From the NCBI GenBank assembly GCA_017435665.1, contig JAFSEP010000051.1:1-15705 (forward strand): a stretch of 15,705 nucleotides of DNA. The letters run 5' to 3'. How positions within the stretch are numbered: position 1 is the first letter of the stretch; each line of letters starts with the position of its first letter. Shown piece after piece: positions 14,773 to 15,705 of the stretch. The translations under genes were made by a program, and so were the position numbers. The stretch comes from Clostridia bacterium (lineage in GTDB: Bacteria > Bacillota > Clostridia > Oscillospirales > Acutalibacteraceae). The notes below the pieces were generated by a model. The model worked only from the letters and a program-made list of their open reading frames with translations, had not been told where the DNA came from and did not search any database.

Positions 14773-15705
14773 TCAATAAGTAATTGTGTAGTCCTTTTCG
14801 AAGCTGAGGCCGACTGAAGCATCGTGTGTGCCGAACATATTGACCGTTACATTAAGAACAAGGGGAGTTATGTAGTTTGCCCATACTGTGTGACCGCTTG
14901 CCTTGTCAATTCTGCACTTAACAACACAGTTATAATACTCTGTGTCAAACTTCTCAACAAATGTTACCGCATCTGTGATTTCTGAGGCTTCAATAACGTC
15001 GAAAACTGAGCCTACGCCCTTTCCTGCAGAGGGATTTGTTTCATCCTTGAGCTTGATGGTGATTTCGTATTCCGTTCCGTTGTCAACGCAGGTTGCTTCT
15101 GCAACATCTGCTTCTGTAAGCTGACTTACGTATGTCTGGTTGGGAACCATATAGTTTGCAGCGATATCTTCCTTTGTTGCGTATTCAATGGGGTCTGTGT
15201 CGTCCTTCATAAATTTGTCCATAAGAGTGGGCGCAAGGGATTTAAGTGCAGAGGGAACAACAAGCTTATCTTCCTGAACCTCACGGTCCTCATAATTCTT
15301 GACAACCTTTGTTGCATCTGTCTTTACCTTGTTTGCACTTTCGTTGAACAGCTTTACGATTTCAGCAGTTGACATTTCGCCTGAGGGTGCGGGAGTCTCC
15401 TCCTTATCCTCTGTGGGAGCAGAGGGTGTATCCTCAGCTTTGTCGTCTGTGTCGGGTGTCTGTACTGGAGCCTGAGGTGTGGGAGCACTCTGCTGCGGCT
15501 GTTGCTGAGGAGCAGGAGTCTGCTGAGTATTGACGGTCTGCTGCTGAGGCGCACCTTTGACACCAACGCCTACCTCAAGAGGACTTGAACCAAAGCCTAC
15601 CATATAGCCCACAGCAACAAGAACAAGAATTGTTACTGCTGCAAGACTCTCAATCTTCCAATCTGTGTCTCCGAAACCCTTGAATGCTTTTTTGATTTTC
15701 TTCAT
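14773..15705 (-). CDS. Membrane-anchored hypothetical protein with a Q/P-rich linker and a C-terminal globular domain
   Basis: 310-aa ORF whose ATG is the last three bases of the window. The N-terminus MKKIKKAFKGF plus a TM segment (SLAAVTILVLVAVGYMVGF) looks genuine, but the upstream region is not visible. A low-complexity stretch QQQTVNTQQTPAPQQQPQQSAPTPQAPVQTP follows. No family recognised. Confidence 0.6.
   Translation of the reverse strand: MKKIKKAFKGFGDTDWKIESLAAVTILVLVAVGYMVGFGSSPLEVGVGVKGAPQQQTVNTQQTPAPQQQPQQSAPTPQAPVQTPDTDDKAEDTPSAPTEDKEETPAPSGEMSTAEIVKLFNESANKVKTDATKVVKNYEDREVQEDKLVVPSALKSLAPTLMDKFMKDDTDPIEYATKEDIAANYMVPNQTYVSQLTEADVAEATCVDNGTEYEITIKLKDETNPSAGKGVGSVFDVIEASEITDAVTFVEKFDTEYYNCVVKCRIDKASGHTVWANYITPLVLNVTVNMFGTHDASVGLSFEKDYTITY

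Overview
This looks like a chromosomal segment of a moderate-GC Firmicute. A Clostridia, Oscillospiraceae/Ruminococcaceae-like origin is inferred only from EF-Tu and gene content. Most of the window is ordinary. It holds the 3' part of tuf, a uracil/xanthine (NCS2) permease and a D-lactate dehydrogenase. It also holds tRNA-Thr(GGU), a BspA-type LRR protein, homoserine dehydrogenase and an AI-2E/YtvI-type membrane protein. The right half holds a secreted PI-PLC with a co-transcribed partner, a 2-enoate-reductase/FadH-family flavoprotein and three anchored hypotheticals. I see no CRISPR array, cas gene, transposase, integrase or recognisable defence gene. The unusual part is a visibly AT-richer islet (about 3.58-6.1 kb) next to tRNA-Thr. 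(1) A ~230-bp module occurs twice (5104-5333 and 5744-5993). Each copy carries a near-consensus promoter and 5' UTR for an unrelated small minus-strand ORF. Upstream of the promoter sit six 11-bp boxes, three GTATATCATCA then three TGATGATATAC, interleaved with seven short hairpins. The hairpin sequences differ between copies but the pairing is kept. I do not recognise this motif. (2) A perfect TTGACA-17-TATAAT promoter is followed directly by a Firmicute LexA (Cheo) box. It drives a two-gene unit: a fusion of a sigma-70 region-4-like HTH with an XRE HTH, plus a closely following 70-aa helical protein. (3) A GC-rich double-hairpin REP-like element occurs twice in inverted orientation (2442-2494 and 9733-9785) with one compensatory base-pair change. 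All functional readings of these elements are hypotheses that need searches or experiments.
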